37,619 nucleotides of DNA from Phoronis australis (Eukaryota > Animalia > Phoronida), in assembly GCA_002633005.1 (NCBI GenBank), contig NMRA01000302.1:41433-79051 (forward strand), written 5' to 3'. Of the stretch, positions 1 to 12,677 are shown in pieces. The notes beneath the pieces were generated by a model. That model searched no databases. It had not been told where the DNA came from and worked only from the letters and a program-made list of their open reading frames with translations. The position numbers and the translations under genes were made by a program. How positions within the stretch are numbered: the first letter of the stretch is position 1; every line of letters begins with the position of its first letter.

Positions 1-2075
1 ACTTCATCGATTTTAGTGGGAGAAAAACGCTTGTTTTCAGAATTTTACGAGGAATTTGTTGATGAATCTTTTACATGTCATTGAAAAAGGCGAAAATACA
101 AACGCGCGAGTCATATTTCTTCAGGCAGCCCTTAGCGGCTTCACGGGCAATAAAATGTTATCGACCGAATAGAATCGTCGACCACAGATTTACCCTGTGG
201 TTTTTCCGCTTGATCCCAGACCGCCCCGAGTTGCTCCAGCAGCCAACTCGGGGCGGTCTCTCACGAGGGTTTAGCGTTATGTCTTAGGGGTAACAGTTTT
301 CCAAGAGCTACATATTCATTGGACGAGTTTCTGTTTGGTATTCGGTTATATTTTCTGTCTCAGGTAGTCCTTGAGCTCATGCTCTGAATGTTTTGAAAAC
401 GCAACTCTTTACTTACGCAGATACGTTTTCCGGCCGTGGGCACCAACTCGCTGAATTCATCAACCTAACATTTATTTTTGAAAATGCCCTCAAAAGTGTA
501 GTTAAAACACCGTGTTGACCATAGTCGTCAGTGTAGAAAAGCGAAATGAACAAATCTGTACACACTGCTCAAAGCACTTTTGTGGACATACGGAAACGCC
601 AACGTCTCTGTCTTACAACTCTGCGTGTGCTTGGCATTTCTGATAAAGCGCTCTCATGCTGGAAACTTTATTAAGACTGAGCACCGTTTCGAAAAAATGT
701 ATTGTTTCTTGCAGCTCAGCACAGAAGAATTATTCTGCGATGTTAGGACTGAAACGGAACCAAATCTCGAGTGGTGACTCAATAGAATGTACAAAATTGG
801 GGGAGGGTTGTGGGTGGCGACGCAAGCATGATTTTTTTTTATTTTCGCGCCAAACATGTAGTTGCCACTTCTCATTCAGCGTCACTTACTACCTAAGGTG
901 GCCAGATCATACGCTATCAATATCACCAGACGCTTCTCAAAACTGCACCTTTGTGTATTTTCTCTCCCTTTTTTGCCATCGCAATCGCTTTACCAAATGT
1001 TCACGCACATATGCCGCGTAGTGAATACCTCTTCACCATGTATTCACATCTTCCCGTTCACAATTGTTTTATTTTGCATAATTTGTCAATATGTTGTTGA
1101 CAGAAAATATTTATATCTGGAACAACGTGAACAACCAACCGATAGGGGACTACTTGTATACATGTAACTGCTAGCCCGGATTTTAACGTCACCGATACAT
1201 GAAAACGGAACGCGCAAAGCTACAATTGCCGGTAGCTTCAACAGTGGTGATGTCACCGTCTTAGTTCGTGGAAATCGTAATCATAATATGATTTCGAAAT
1301 TAGAGCCATCGAAATCCGTGGGTTTAGGGCATACTGGACCGTGAATTTTGCGTCTGTACTGCAAGGGTCAATACTATGAAAATGAAATCCCCGGAGTGAG
1401 AGCTCTTCGCGGTGTAACAACTCACTCACTAATCCATCATCATGGGCGCATGATAGGAGACCGGTGACTAACTTAAAAAAAAAAAACAAAAAGATGCAGT
1501 TTGGCGTTACACAAACAAAATCAATTGCGGGCGAAGACTTCTAAAAATAGCTGCGTTTACAAAATGACTACAGCGTTGTATTGACCGGGAAGCAACCAAT
1601 CAAATTCATATTGTTAACGTCACGAGTCAAACTAAAGATCAAATGTAAAGAAAACTTTCACGTTTTTCATCCAAAACTTGTTGCATTGTCCATAATCCAA
1701 TGTTTACTAGTACCGTTTACTTTCAACCTTCGAATTAGTGGTGTTACACAACCAACGTGAACTCATGTAACCGAGATAGTAAAACTAGTTTAATTTATTT
1801 GACCCTGTGCTAAGACGAATCTGCAACGACACGCAAAGTAGTATCAGCCTGACAACCTATTACCCAACTGCTACTCTAGCCTAAAAATAGCAGCCGACCA
1901 GCTGGTCGGCTGATGGCCGGTCGGCTGAAGGGTCGGCTGGGGAGTCCCCTTATGAGTCGGCACTGCTGGCGGCTGCCGGTAGGCTAATTTGCCGACCGGT
2001 TGACGGCTAGTCGTCGACCAATTTCCGACCATGCGGACAAAAATTCGTGATGTGTGCTGTATGCGTCATACTATC

Positions 2076-3579
2076 CAATAGCGGATTTGCAGCGCAAACG
2101 AACTACGCATTGCGCATGTGCGAGTTACTTCCTGCGCGAAGGCTCATGGGATAGCTTGTGGTCAGGCTTGTCTTGAGGGGGCTGGATAGTGTGTGCAGTT
2201 GGAGTGATTTGCAAACTAAAAACCATGTTTCATTTTTTTGCTTTATAATACCAAGCAAGTCCTCTCTCTCGTTTGTAAATACAGCGAAGCTATGATCAGT
2301 GACCGTGTGACCGAGGGCACGACTGTCGTCATGTTCAGTATTGGGGCTATCGGCGTTGATTTCGAAATCCCCTCCGGTTTCAGACAAGTTGAGAGTTCAT
2401 GGGTTGCTAAACTTTTGTAGCTTTCGCCATGGATATGTTTGATAAGTTGATTTTAAGAGGAAACTCCGTCGGAATGTTGTTCTCATGCGTCTTTTTTCCA
2501 CCAGGAAAATGTTAGCTGCACCCACGTTGGTCCATAGGGAATTACATCGCACTGGATGCCGCAGGTATCAGGGGTGACAGTACATCCTCACAAAAAGTTA
2601 TTCATTTCAAAATACAGCAAATATAACCAATACATATAGGAACACGGAGTTATAATTAACACATACCACGACTCTGGATATAATTTAGTCAGCAAAACTT
2701 CATCAAATCGATGAAAATCTGTCGCGGTTTGCTCGAGTTTCTCTCAGTTACCGGGTGCCATTTTGAGGAAGTTACGTGAAATTACGCATGTTGACGAAAA
2801 TAACATCCAAGGGACACACATCTTACAAGTTTCACCCGATACCTTCTCATGCTATTTTACAAGTGTCGCACGCTAGCGTCACGCGCTTCGCTCAGTCTCG
2901 CGCTAACCTTTGCCTAACTGGTGTGATTCAGTTGACATGCTTTGTGGTTATCGCGCACGCGGTGATAAAATTAACGGCAACCAAAAAGCTGAGTTGTAAT
3001 TCTTCGCCAAAGTCAACTTAATTCTCACAATTAAGCTTCATCAAAGATATGTATAGAAGTAGAAGGAACCAATGATGAAAGTAAGGCTAGCGTTTTTTTT
3101 TAATGATAGTTTTAAGTGTAGACTGTATTTTTGACGAGGTGAAAACTCGAAATCGGTAACCCAAATCCGGTCACAGCCCGTTTAAAATACACTGAAGTAA
3201 CGAAATGAGTACAGAAAGCGAATGGAAATATTGTAGCCCCTATAGGGCCAACCGAGGGGCTACGTGTTGCCTACTAGATGGACCTGCGTTGGTTTGAATG
3301 CGCTAAATCTCCCCTTACTCCCAGCTCTCCTAATGTTGTTTATCCATTCTTCACGAAGTTCTTGGTTTGCAGGAAACACATAAAAAATCAGATTTTTATC
3401 TCTCCTGTTGTTTTTGAGGCAGCCAGGATTACAACAAATGTATCCGCCGTAAGTTTTCTTCGCGCTCATACCGCGTATTATGCTTGTTACTATGGCCGCT
3501 TTCTGAATCCTGACCAGAGCACCCACAATGCACCATTTTAACCTAATTTCAATATGGCGTCGCTGCAAATCCGCTATTG
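2076..3579 (-). mobile_element. Non-autonomous TIR DNA transposon with THAP domain (P-element-like)
   Basis: Perfect 19-bp inverted repeats CAATAGCGGATTTGCAGCG (2076-2094 and 3561-3579); THAP ORF starts about 110 bp inside the right TIR; no transposase catalytic domain; no TSD seen. Confidence 0.75.
2260..3469 (-). pseudogene. Split THAP zinc-finger pseudogene
   Basis: N-half MSAKKTYGGYICCNPGC...FYVFP...REEWINNIRR...FKPT (3469-3275); C-half CS*HFPGGKKTHENNIPTEFPLK (about 2520-2452); downstream DHSF (HBM-like) and a short coiled-coil-like segment in ORF 2103-2387. Confidence 0.75.
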
Positions 3580-6500
3580 AGTGTCAAAATCCACCCCCAA
3601 AAATCTAAAAGATTTTTTTGTCCAAGACAGACTTTCTTTTGTAGGAATCACGTCATCACTAACATTTTTACTTACAAACCATATGGCTTTTGTTTTATCC
3701 ACATCCACTTGGAGACCGGAGACACTAGCAAACAAATGTAGTACATTCAGCGTGGTAGTCAATGACAAATTCGACCCATCCAACGTAATTGATGTGTCGT
3801 CCGCATATTGCGAAATCAAATATTCCTTATTCCCAGCAACTGCACCACCAATACTTTTATTATTCTTGATTAAATACGCCAAAATCTCCGCGTACAATAT
3901 AAGAATGTAGGGAGACAAAGGGTCACCTTGTCTGCAGCTACGCGAAAAATTGAACCAAGAAGGTGGGTGACCATTTACGACAACACAGGACTTAATATTA
4001 CTGTAAAAGACTTTCACCCACCTTTTGATCGACCAACCAAAACAAGGAAAGATAATTTTTTTTGAATAAAATTCCACAACAATCAATCAAATTCAACCAG
4101 TAAAAGCAATCCAGGTTTGTTAGCTGCCTGGGCATAAAACATTAAATCATATAGCACTCGGATATTTTCGTTCATATTTCTTCCAGAAACGAAACCTGTC
4201 TGGTCCTTACTGATTACTTTTCCCAAAACGGATTTTAAACGTTCAGCCACAGCCGAAGAAGCCAATTTATATGTCACATTGAGTAAGGATATGGGTCTCC
4301 AGTTTTTCAAATAATGTTTACTTTTATCTGCTCCTTTAGGAATGCAGGTGATCACTCCTTCGTTTTGTGTTGAGGATAACTGGCCAACAGCAAAACCTGT
4401 ATTAAGTGAGCGAACAACGAAATGTCCAATGTCAGCCCAAAAAAATTTCAAAAAGTCCACTGAAAAACCATCAGAGCCCAGGCTTTTGTTGTTTTTCATT
4501 TTTTCAAGCATTGTGTGACTTCTTCAATGTAAGAAGACCTTCTAATTTTTCTTTTTCTGTCTCATTCAGCTTGGAGACACAAACATTATCAAGTAGAGTT
4601 TTTAAAGAAGTATTGTTAGACTGTCTATATTTGCATAGATTTTCATTAAAAAGTTTTGGTTTCCTGAATTACCTCTTCTTCACTATTGGTTTTAGTATTG
4701 TCAGGATTCAACACAAAAGGCATAAACTTACTTGTGTAATGCCTATTTTCCAAGTGAAGAAAATATTTGGAAGGCTTTTCACCTTCTTCAATCTATCTTG
4801 CTCTCGACCTAGCCATAAGACCTCTTAACTTATTTTGCCTTAGCTCGGCAAGTAATTTATTTTTTTGTTCCAGTAGTTCCTTGTCAAGGATAAGACTTTT
4901 TTCCAACAAGCTTATTTCTTCGATAAGTTGCTGTTCACTTTTTCTTTTTAAGTAAGTAGCAAAGGAAATTGTATTGCCGCGAATCTCCATCAACAACGTT
5001 TCAAGAAAAAGTTGATCATTTATAAACAATTGTAAATCTGAACTAGAAAGATTATTGTCACGACGTGACAATAACGGACTCTGCGCGTGCGTATTACTGG
5101 AATTATTATTGGAAGTTACTGACAGCAACCCGTTTACCAATATGAAAAGGAATTCTCTAAAATTGTAGGAGAAATTACATATTAATTTTTTGATGACCTT
5201 TCCACTAATTGACCTCTTCCGGTGCATTATGAGCACCGATGAGGGAGTAATTGTTAACTCGATTAAAAGTGTGGTTAATGTTAATAATCACAGATATTTT
5301 ACTTTAAGCACTTTTGAATACAAGATGAATGAAGTGGTCAAACTTTCAGAAGAAAAATGCACCTAATGACCCCATGGGTGCACCAAATGACCTGAAAATT
5401 AAGAATTCATACTCAATCGCGCTTAGTAAACATATACGTATTTCTGAAGTCTCTGGCTCAAAATTTTAGTTTGCACTCAATGACCTTTGACCTAGTTTTT
5501 CTGATTGGTTAGGCCTATTGCGAAGTAAAGTAGGGTATTTAATTGGCATGTTGACTGACACCAGTGTGGTGAAATTGAAAAGAATAACTTGAAAACGTAA
5601 GAGATAAAACATTTTGAACTTTACATGACCTTTGCACTAATTAACCTTATCCGGTGCATTTTAAGCATGTTTAGGAGAATTATTACAAAGCCCATGGAAA
5701 ATTTGTTTAACGCTGAGAATCACAGTTGTCTTACGGTTGACACATCAGAATACTTGCTGATTGAAAAGGTCAAATTTTCAGAAAAAAAATGCACCTAATG
5801 AGCCCATAATTGCACTAAATGACCTGAAACTTTGGATTCCGATTTGTTTCACTTGTGGCAATCAGACCTGTCAATTTGAAGTGTCTAGCTCAAAATTTTA
5901 GTTTGCACCTAATGACCTTTGACCCTATTTCACCTGATTGGATGACCCGTTTACTTAGAAAAGTAATTTATTAAATTGTCATGCTGACTTATACCTGTGC
6001 ACCGAATTTGAAAAAGATACCTTTAAAACTGAAGGAGGAGTAGCATTTTGAAAATTATATGACCTTTGCACCAATTAAACGACCTCTTCCGGTGCAATGT
6101 GGAATATGATTATATAACCAATCAAAATTTATATACAGTCAAAAGTCATATGCTGAATTTAAAGACCGTACGTCCACTCAATTTGGAGTTATTAAGCCTC
6201 AAATTTGGTCGGAAGAAGAATAACAATAAGAAGAATAAGAAGAATAAAATTGAAGAAAACCCAGGAACAACAGTACTCTGTGCTTACATGCGCCGAGTAA
6301 AAATAAGAAGAATAAGAATAAAATTGAAGAAAACTCAGGAACAACAGTACTCTGCGCTTACACGCGCAGAGTAATTCCTTGTACTATCAACTGTCTGAAT
6401 GTCGTCAGTCATATACTGTTGTTTAACTAATTTAATAGTATTCTTGACTGCAGCAATATACTTTGAGTTTTTCAGGAGAGAATTATTAAACTTCCAAAAT

Positions 6501-6750
6501 AATTTTCTCCTCCTGGAAACATCACTTTAAAAAAAACCGTTACCATTGAATGATCGGAACGGTAACCGAATTCTATTATGGAGTCGTCAATATCAGCTAA
6601 AAGGTTTTCAGAAATTAGAAAAAAATCTAGTCCGGATCGTTTACTTCCAGCTCTCCAAGTGTATTCTTTATTACTGGGGTTTAGTTCCTGCCACACATCA
6701 ACAATAGACAATTCTGTACAAATCTCCATCAACTTAATCCGGGACTTGTA
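3580..6750 (-). mobile_element. Degenerate L1/Tx1-like LINE ORF2 (APE endonuclease + reverse transcriptase)
   Basis: EN motifs DVW..NP..KEYTW, LDFFLIS, GYRSDHS, then WKFNNSLL; RT motifs KSLGSDG, KNWRPISLLN, DQTGF, RQGDPLSPY, QYADDT; several frameshifts; truncated at both ends; interrupted at 5042-6373. Confidence 0.93.
5042..6373 (-). mobile_element. Non-autonomous Helentron/HINE (family A), complete
   Basis: 5' hairpin TACTCTGCGC-GTGTAA-GCGCAGAGTA; subterminal inverted repeats ACTCTGCGCGTG (about 5079-5090) and CACGCGCAGAGT (6361-6372); (TTC/TTA)n microsatellite; about 430-bp internal tandem subrepeats; 3' hairpin TTATTGTCACG-n-CGTGACAATAA then CTAG; TT target, no TSD. Confidence 0.88.
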
Positions 6751-7853
6751 GATGGTGTTATTTCAATCGTATAATCATTCCTGTCATTGAACATTGCTTT
6801 GTACTTACTTGCACAGCTCATTTGCACTGTTTTCTGTTCATTCAACACGGTTATGATGCACTTTCGTCAAAAATGCATTCTAAGGCTAGAAGCCTTGTGG
6901 ATTCAAATCCGTAACCCGACTTCTTTTAAAACCTACGTATCACTACTCAAAAACAAAGTAACGCCCGACCGCACCAAGATCTCGGAGTTTGTTTTTCAAA
7001 ATCCATTCACGCAAGGTTATTAAATGCTGTGATTTGATACATGAACCACAATATTGGCAGTCTTGTCCATATGACCCGTTGTCCTGCCCTCTTGGTTGAC
7101 AAAATTTTGAGCCCAGGAAATCGTGTTGCTACGCACCTGAAATTGGTTTAATGTGCGCAAAAATTAAAGTAATGAAAAAAACACTAGTGGCCTCTTTTCA
7201 GATGGAGATTTTTTAAACGTGTTTAACGAAGACCATAATGCTTATCTAATTATGAAACACTCTGGCGAAGCGACACATGGTGAAATCGACTAAAAGGGAG
7301 TTTATGACGGAGGCAGTATCATCGTTGATGGCAACGACTATGACACCAACAAGGATGCATAAGATGACCTTCACGACTACGAAATCGACACCGATACTGT
7401 TAACAACACCGCCGATGCTCTCAGCAACAATAAATATGATATGATGGCAACGGCGCCTCCAATAGTAATGACATCGCTGATAACCGACGATGATCTTAAA
7501 TAGTCAAATTCACGGTGTTTGGATTTAAATTCCGTTGGATCATTGTGGAAAGTAAGAACACATTTTTGGAAACCTTATATTATAAGCACTTTTAAAAACA
7601 GTGCTTAACTAAATAAAATTATAACTTTAGTAAGGTAAATGTTGGTTTGAATCTAGGTTATTTATTTTGATACCATTGGATTCCTTGGACCAAATAACAA
7701 CTCCACTAAGTTTCAAAACTGAAATTTTAGAACACGCTAAGAATTATAAGATGACACTTAGCTTATCTGGTGATCTGGTAATTAGCCCAATTACGTTGCA
7801 CACAAAACAGAATTAACGAGGAACATATTATTGCAACATTTAACAAGTGTTTA

Positions 7854-10015
7854 TGTTGTAAGATTCACATTTGCTGTCCAATTTTCAAAGTTCAACAACG
7901 CTAGTTAAAAACTTTCGAAACGAAAAATGAAAATACTAGTGTAGCCCCCAATGAGTTTATTATCTAGAAAGCCATAACATCAGCAGCCTTAGGGGATTTT
8001 TAAATAAAAATAATCCACAACAGCATGGCGTCATTGATCTGAACCCGGCAAATCCGTGGTGCGCAAAGCGGTCGAGTTGTCCAATCTTGACCGGTTAGGG
8101 GGTCAACGTAGTATTCTCTTCATGACGGAAATCCCTTTCAAGGCAGCATTTTGTAAAATCCAAGATGTGTCAGAAATGGCATCCTCAATGCATTAGTTTC
8201 CTTGTTTTGAGGCCCTCGAGTTAAACTCGTGTGGTCCTGACTGGTCTTTCTGGCTGACGCGTTTATAATACTTGATGGTGGCAATGAACATTTTTGATAA
8301 TACCAAACCTGCTGTAGCTAAGCGTAAGAAGGCATTGTTACGTCATATCAGTGAACAGACACACGCAATATATGGAGCTTTGCAAGATGCGAGTGACACT
8401 TACCAAACTGACTTCCTTATTCGTGCCACCGAAATTAACTCCGAGTTCGAGAAGTATGTTTTTTGCTCAACAAGCTGTTTGCTCGTGAAAATATCGCAGA
8501 GTTTGCCACTCGTTCAGGGATATGTGCCCACTGATGCGTACCTTGAGCATCTCGTGAAAACGATAAGGCCGCGATCAAGCAACTAGTTGATAATGAAATA
8601 TGTGAACGGATAGAAGACGCTCCTACCCTTGGGTTTTACAATTATTGCCTGCCTAAAGTCAATTCGTCAGACCTCAGAATATGTGCAGATATGCGTACAG
8701 CAAACAGACTAAAAACCCTGCCCCTGCTGTTGAAGAACTCATTCATGATCTGAATGGTTGCAAGGTCTTCTGTGTTGGATCTTAACCAGGGTTATTGGGG
8801 ACAGATAAAACAACAAGAATGATATATATTTTGAGTTGTGTTGGGAATTTCAGGGTCACAGAAAGTCATCTGTGGCTAAAAGTAATAAAAACGTGGATTA
8901 ACTTTTGTCCAGGAAAATTAACGCCGAGCAGGAAGGAGTCTACTATGTATCAAATTGGCTAATTGGGAAAACTTGCAAGTAAATGTACTGTTGCTTGAGG
9001 CGGCGCCAACATGAAGCTGGAGAAAAAAAAAACAAAGAGCGCTACTATCGGACTAGTTAGGAACTAACTAGGAGTTGGATATGAAGGTTGAAGAGCTGTG
9101 GAATTGGTATTTGCCCAAATAATAGGATTTATGCCAAAGTGCCATCAATCTCATTATCACTAGGTTGAATTACACAATGACAATCTGTACACAAAAATTT
9201 TTCTAGGCATTTGGGTCTGCATCATTACAAACGGTTGAATTTTGGTTTCAACGCTGCAAGTGAAGAGTTTCAGCAGATCATCGAACAGGTCTTACATGGA
9301 TTGCGTCGTGTTAAAAACATTTCTGACATAAAAATCGCCAGTGCAAATGAAGTAGAACACGAAAAACACTGGCGTGTTTGCAACGACTTAAATACAAAGG
9401 TCTCACTCTGAACCGAAAGAAATGCAGATTCATTTTAACGTTCGTGAATTACTTTGGCAATGTGTGTAGAGCTCAAGGTATCTCTCCCGATCCCTTGAAG
9501 GTGCTGGCTTAATAAATGGCCGGCTACCAGCTGAGAAGCACCAGATCAAATCGATGTTAATGATAGCAAATTACGTGCAACGCTTCATCACTCGACTTGT
9601 GATTATCTTGAAGCTTATCAACCAACTGTCAAAAGAGGAAACTCCCTTTGTGTGGAGTGCGGATTGTAAAATTTGCTTTGTCCACTCTCAAGACTAGTTT
9701 AACTAGCGAAACCGTCGTTTCCTACTTTGATATCAACTTAGCCACTGAGTTCATTGTCGACGCATCACCTGTCGGTCTTGGAACTATTTTGACACAGGTT
9801 TTCGTTAAAATGACAAAACTGAAAACAATCTCCCCGTGTTGTGGCTTATGCCTCCTGCATACTAGATGACGTTGAGTGTCGATATTCACGAATTGAATGC
9901 AAGTGTCTTGCACTGAGATGGGCCTTTGAAAATGTTTATCTGTACCTATACACATGTATGTAATAACATTTACCGTGTTTACGATCGCAAACCACTAGAG
10001 TCTAGTTTTTGCAAC
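7854..10015 (+). mobile_element. Degenerate Gypsy (K02A2.6-like) LTR retrotransposon
   Basis: Putative 5' LTR TGTTGT...AATAAA...ACAACA (7854-8022) followed by PBS-like TGGCG (8026); gag N-terminus W..W..R...M.AMNI...RKKALL.H; RT motifs VEELIHDLNG, LDLNQGYH, YKRLNFGFNAASEEFQ; RNase H motifs VDASPVGLG, VAYAS; many stops and frameshifts. Confidence 0.88.
8796..9153. mobile_element. Solo LTR (358 bp) inserted in the Gypsy RT
   Basis: Begins TG, ends CA, flanked by a TTAT duplication (8792-8795, 9154-9157); removal restores LDLNQGY-H*VELH. Confidence 0.78.
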
Positions 10016-10020
10016 GTACA

Positions 10021-12677
10021 TTTTTTGCTCACTATGGATGAGCTAATCGACTAATGGGTTTCAGGACGGGGGATAAGCCAGATACCCTACCGTACTATGA
10101 AAACGCTGAACAAGCATTTTCCTTGATTCCTGAAGTATTATCCAAGAAAAAGGGCCAAAAAATTAAAGCGCTCCGACGAGCGAAACGTGGCGAAATTAAC
10201 CAAAAAGATGACGATAAACATGATGACGAAGATGACGAATATGACGATGATGGTGGCGAGGATGAACAAAAGAAGTAATAATAACATACACATGACGAAA
10301 GTAGAATTCCGAAATCAGTAAGAAAAAGGTTACAGTCTTGAGCGACACTTGGCGAAATTAACGGAAAAGACAACGACGGACATAATGATGAAGATGATGA
10401 CGATGATGACGAATATGATGATGGTGGTGGTGATGATGAACAACATCACAACGTTCATATGACAAACTTAGATGTCATAAATCAATAAGAAATAGGCTAC
10501 AGTCTAGTTCAATAGAAGATAAACCGACATCAATGCAGCAAGAGCGCTCAACAAAGGAACAGCGTTATCAGAAAATCTTAAATAACTCAAAAAGTAGACG
10601 TCTTAGCGAAAAATAGAAAACATCCTCTGAAAGCCCGTTCAAAATTCTATCTAAACTGATGGTATCGCCTAAATCCAAAAATTTTTCCAAAAAATGAAAC
10701 TTTGCGTGTTTTTCAGAAATTCAAAGGCAAATAACTCAAAAACGGTAAGTCAGAGAAAAAAATTGTTAAAGCATTTGAAGGAATATACTTTAAAAATCCA
10801 CCTGCAAAAAATCACGTCTTTTTCTCTTCCCGTTTGAAATCGCACCCCAGCACGACAGAAAATGGGTCAACATGCGCCAGATCCGCCATCTTGAAAGCAA
10901 CTTCCGGTTTCTTGGCTTTGTGCAATAGCATGTCCTAAGAAACTAATACCTGTAAGAACTCGAAGGAATTGGCCTCAGAATGCGCCCTCTACAGGAGAAA
11001 ACGTTTTTAGGTCAAAATCGAGGTGCGCATGCGCAATCGCCGATATTTCCACCATCTTTAATCGGAAGTGAACAATTTCCGGTATACTCGTTGAAATCTT
11101 CCGGCCCATTTACTGTGCCGATTTTTTGCTTTTTAAGTAAAAAATTGTAGCCTCCAGAAGCATTTGAACCTTTAAATGAAAACAAAATGGCCGCCACAGC
11201 CGCCATCTTGGATCCGATTTTGACGAAAAACAACAAACTTCCAGCACTTCTGCAAGTACGTGCTATGTGTAACTTTCGTGATGATCGGACGAAAATTGCG
11301 ACCTCTATCGTGCGAACAAACAAAAAAAACAAACTTAGCGACAGAGCAACATGCTTGGCAAAATTTATTTCGTCAACTAATGAAAGCGCTCCGAGGAGCA
11401 AAACTTGGCGAAATTAACCAAAAAGATGACGTTAAAGATGATGTCGAAGATGACGAATATGACGACGATGGTGGCAAGGATGAACAAAAGAAGTAATAAC
11501 AACATACACATGACGAATGTTGAAGTCCGAAATCAGTAAGAAAAAGGCTACAGTCTTGGGCGACACTTGTCGAAATTAATGGAAAAGACAACGACGGAGA
11601 TGACGACGAAGATGATGACGATGATGACAAATATGATGATGGTGGTGCCGATGATGAACAACATCACAACATTCATATGACGAACTTAGATGTCATAAAT
11701 CAATAAGAAATAGGCTACAGTCTAGTTCAATCGATGATAAACCAACATCAATGCAGCAAGAGCCCTCAACAAAGGAACAGCGTTATCAGTAAATCTCAAA
11801 TAACTCGAAAAATAGACATCCTAGCGAAAAATAAAAAAAACATCTTCTGAAAGCCCGTTCAAAACTCTATCTCAACTGATGGTATAGCCTAATTCCGTAA
11901 ATTTTTCGAAAAAAAAATGAAATTTTGCGTTTTTTTAAGAAATTCAAAGTCAAATAACTCGAGAACGGTAAGTCTGAGAAAAAATTGTAAGAAGCCATTT
12001 GAATGAATATAATAGCATGTCATAAGAAACTAAAACCTGTAAAAATTCGAAGGAATTGGTCTTATAATGCGCCCTCTACAGGAGAAAACGTTTTTAGGCC
12101 AAAATCGAGGTGCGCATGCGCGATCGCCGATATTTTCGCCATCTTTAACCGGAAGTAAACAATTTCCGGTACACTCATAGGAAACTTTTTTTTCGAAAAA
12201 AAATGAAATTTTGTTTTTTCTTTAAGAAATTTATAATCAAATATCTCGAAAACGGTAAGCCTGAGAAAAAATTGGTTCATGTTATTTGAAAGAGTATAAC
12301 TTAAAGAATCCACATGCAGAAATTCACGTCATTTTCTCATCGCGTTTAGGTGGCACCTCAGCACGACCTAAAATAGGTCAACATGAGCCAGAACCGCCAT
12401 CCTGAAAGCAACTTCCAGTTTTTTGGCTTTGCATAATAGCATGTCATAAAAAAACTAATACTTGTAAAAATTCGAAGGAATTGGTCCCGTAATGCGCCCT
12501 CTACAGGAGAAAACGCTTTTAAGGCCAACATCGAGGTGTGCATGCGCGATCGCAAATATTTCCGCCCTCTTTACCCGAAAGTAAACAATTTCCAGTACAC
12601 TTGTAGCAAACTTCTGGTCCATTTACTGTTCCGATTTTTAGCCTTTTACGTAAAAAATTGTAGCCTCCAGAAGCATT
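10021..12677 (+). mobile_element. Tandem Helentron-like repeat (family C), about two units with internal duplications
   Basis: Starts TTTTTTGCTCA-CTATGGA-TGAGC (hairpin); unit 1 ends GAGCAA + imperfect hairpin + CTAA|T (11345-11381); unit 2 repeats sequence from about 10163 onward; (GAY)n tract; block GAAGGAATTGG...TGCGCCCTCTACAGGAGAAAACG occurs three times (about 10962, 12049, 12474). The tandem repeat is certain; the Helentron class is inferred. Confidence 0.62.

Noticed and set aside
300-1170. Overlapping short ORFs or a possible decayed transposase
   Set aside because: No recognisable motif in the frames examined; many stops.
10054-11630. Acidic (D/E-rich) and Ser-rich ORFs
   Set aside because: Translations of a degenerate (GAY)n tract inside a tandem repeat; stops recur and there is no domain.
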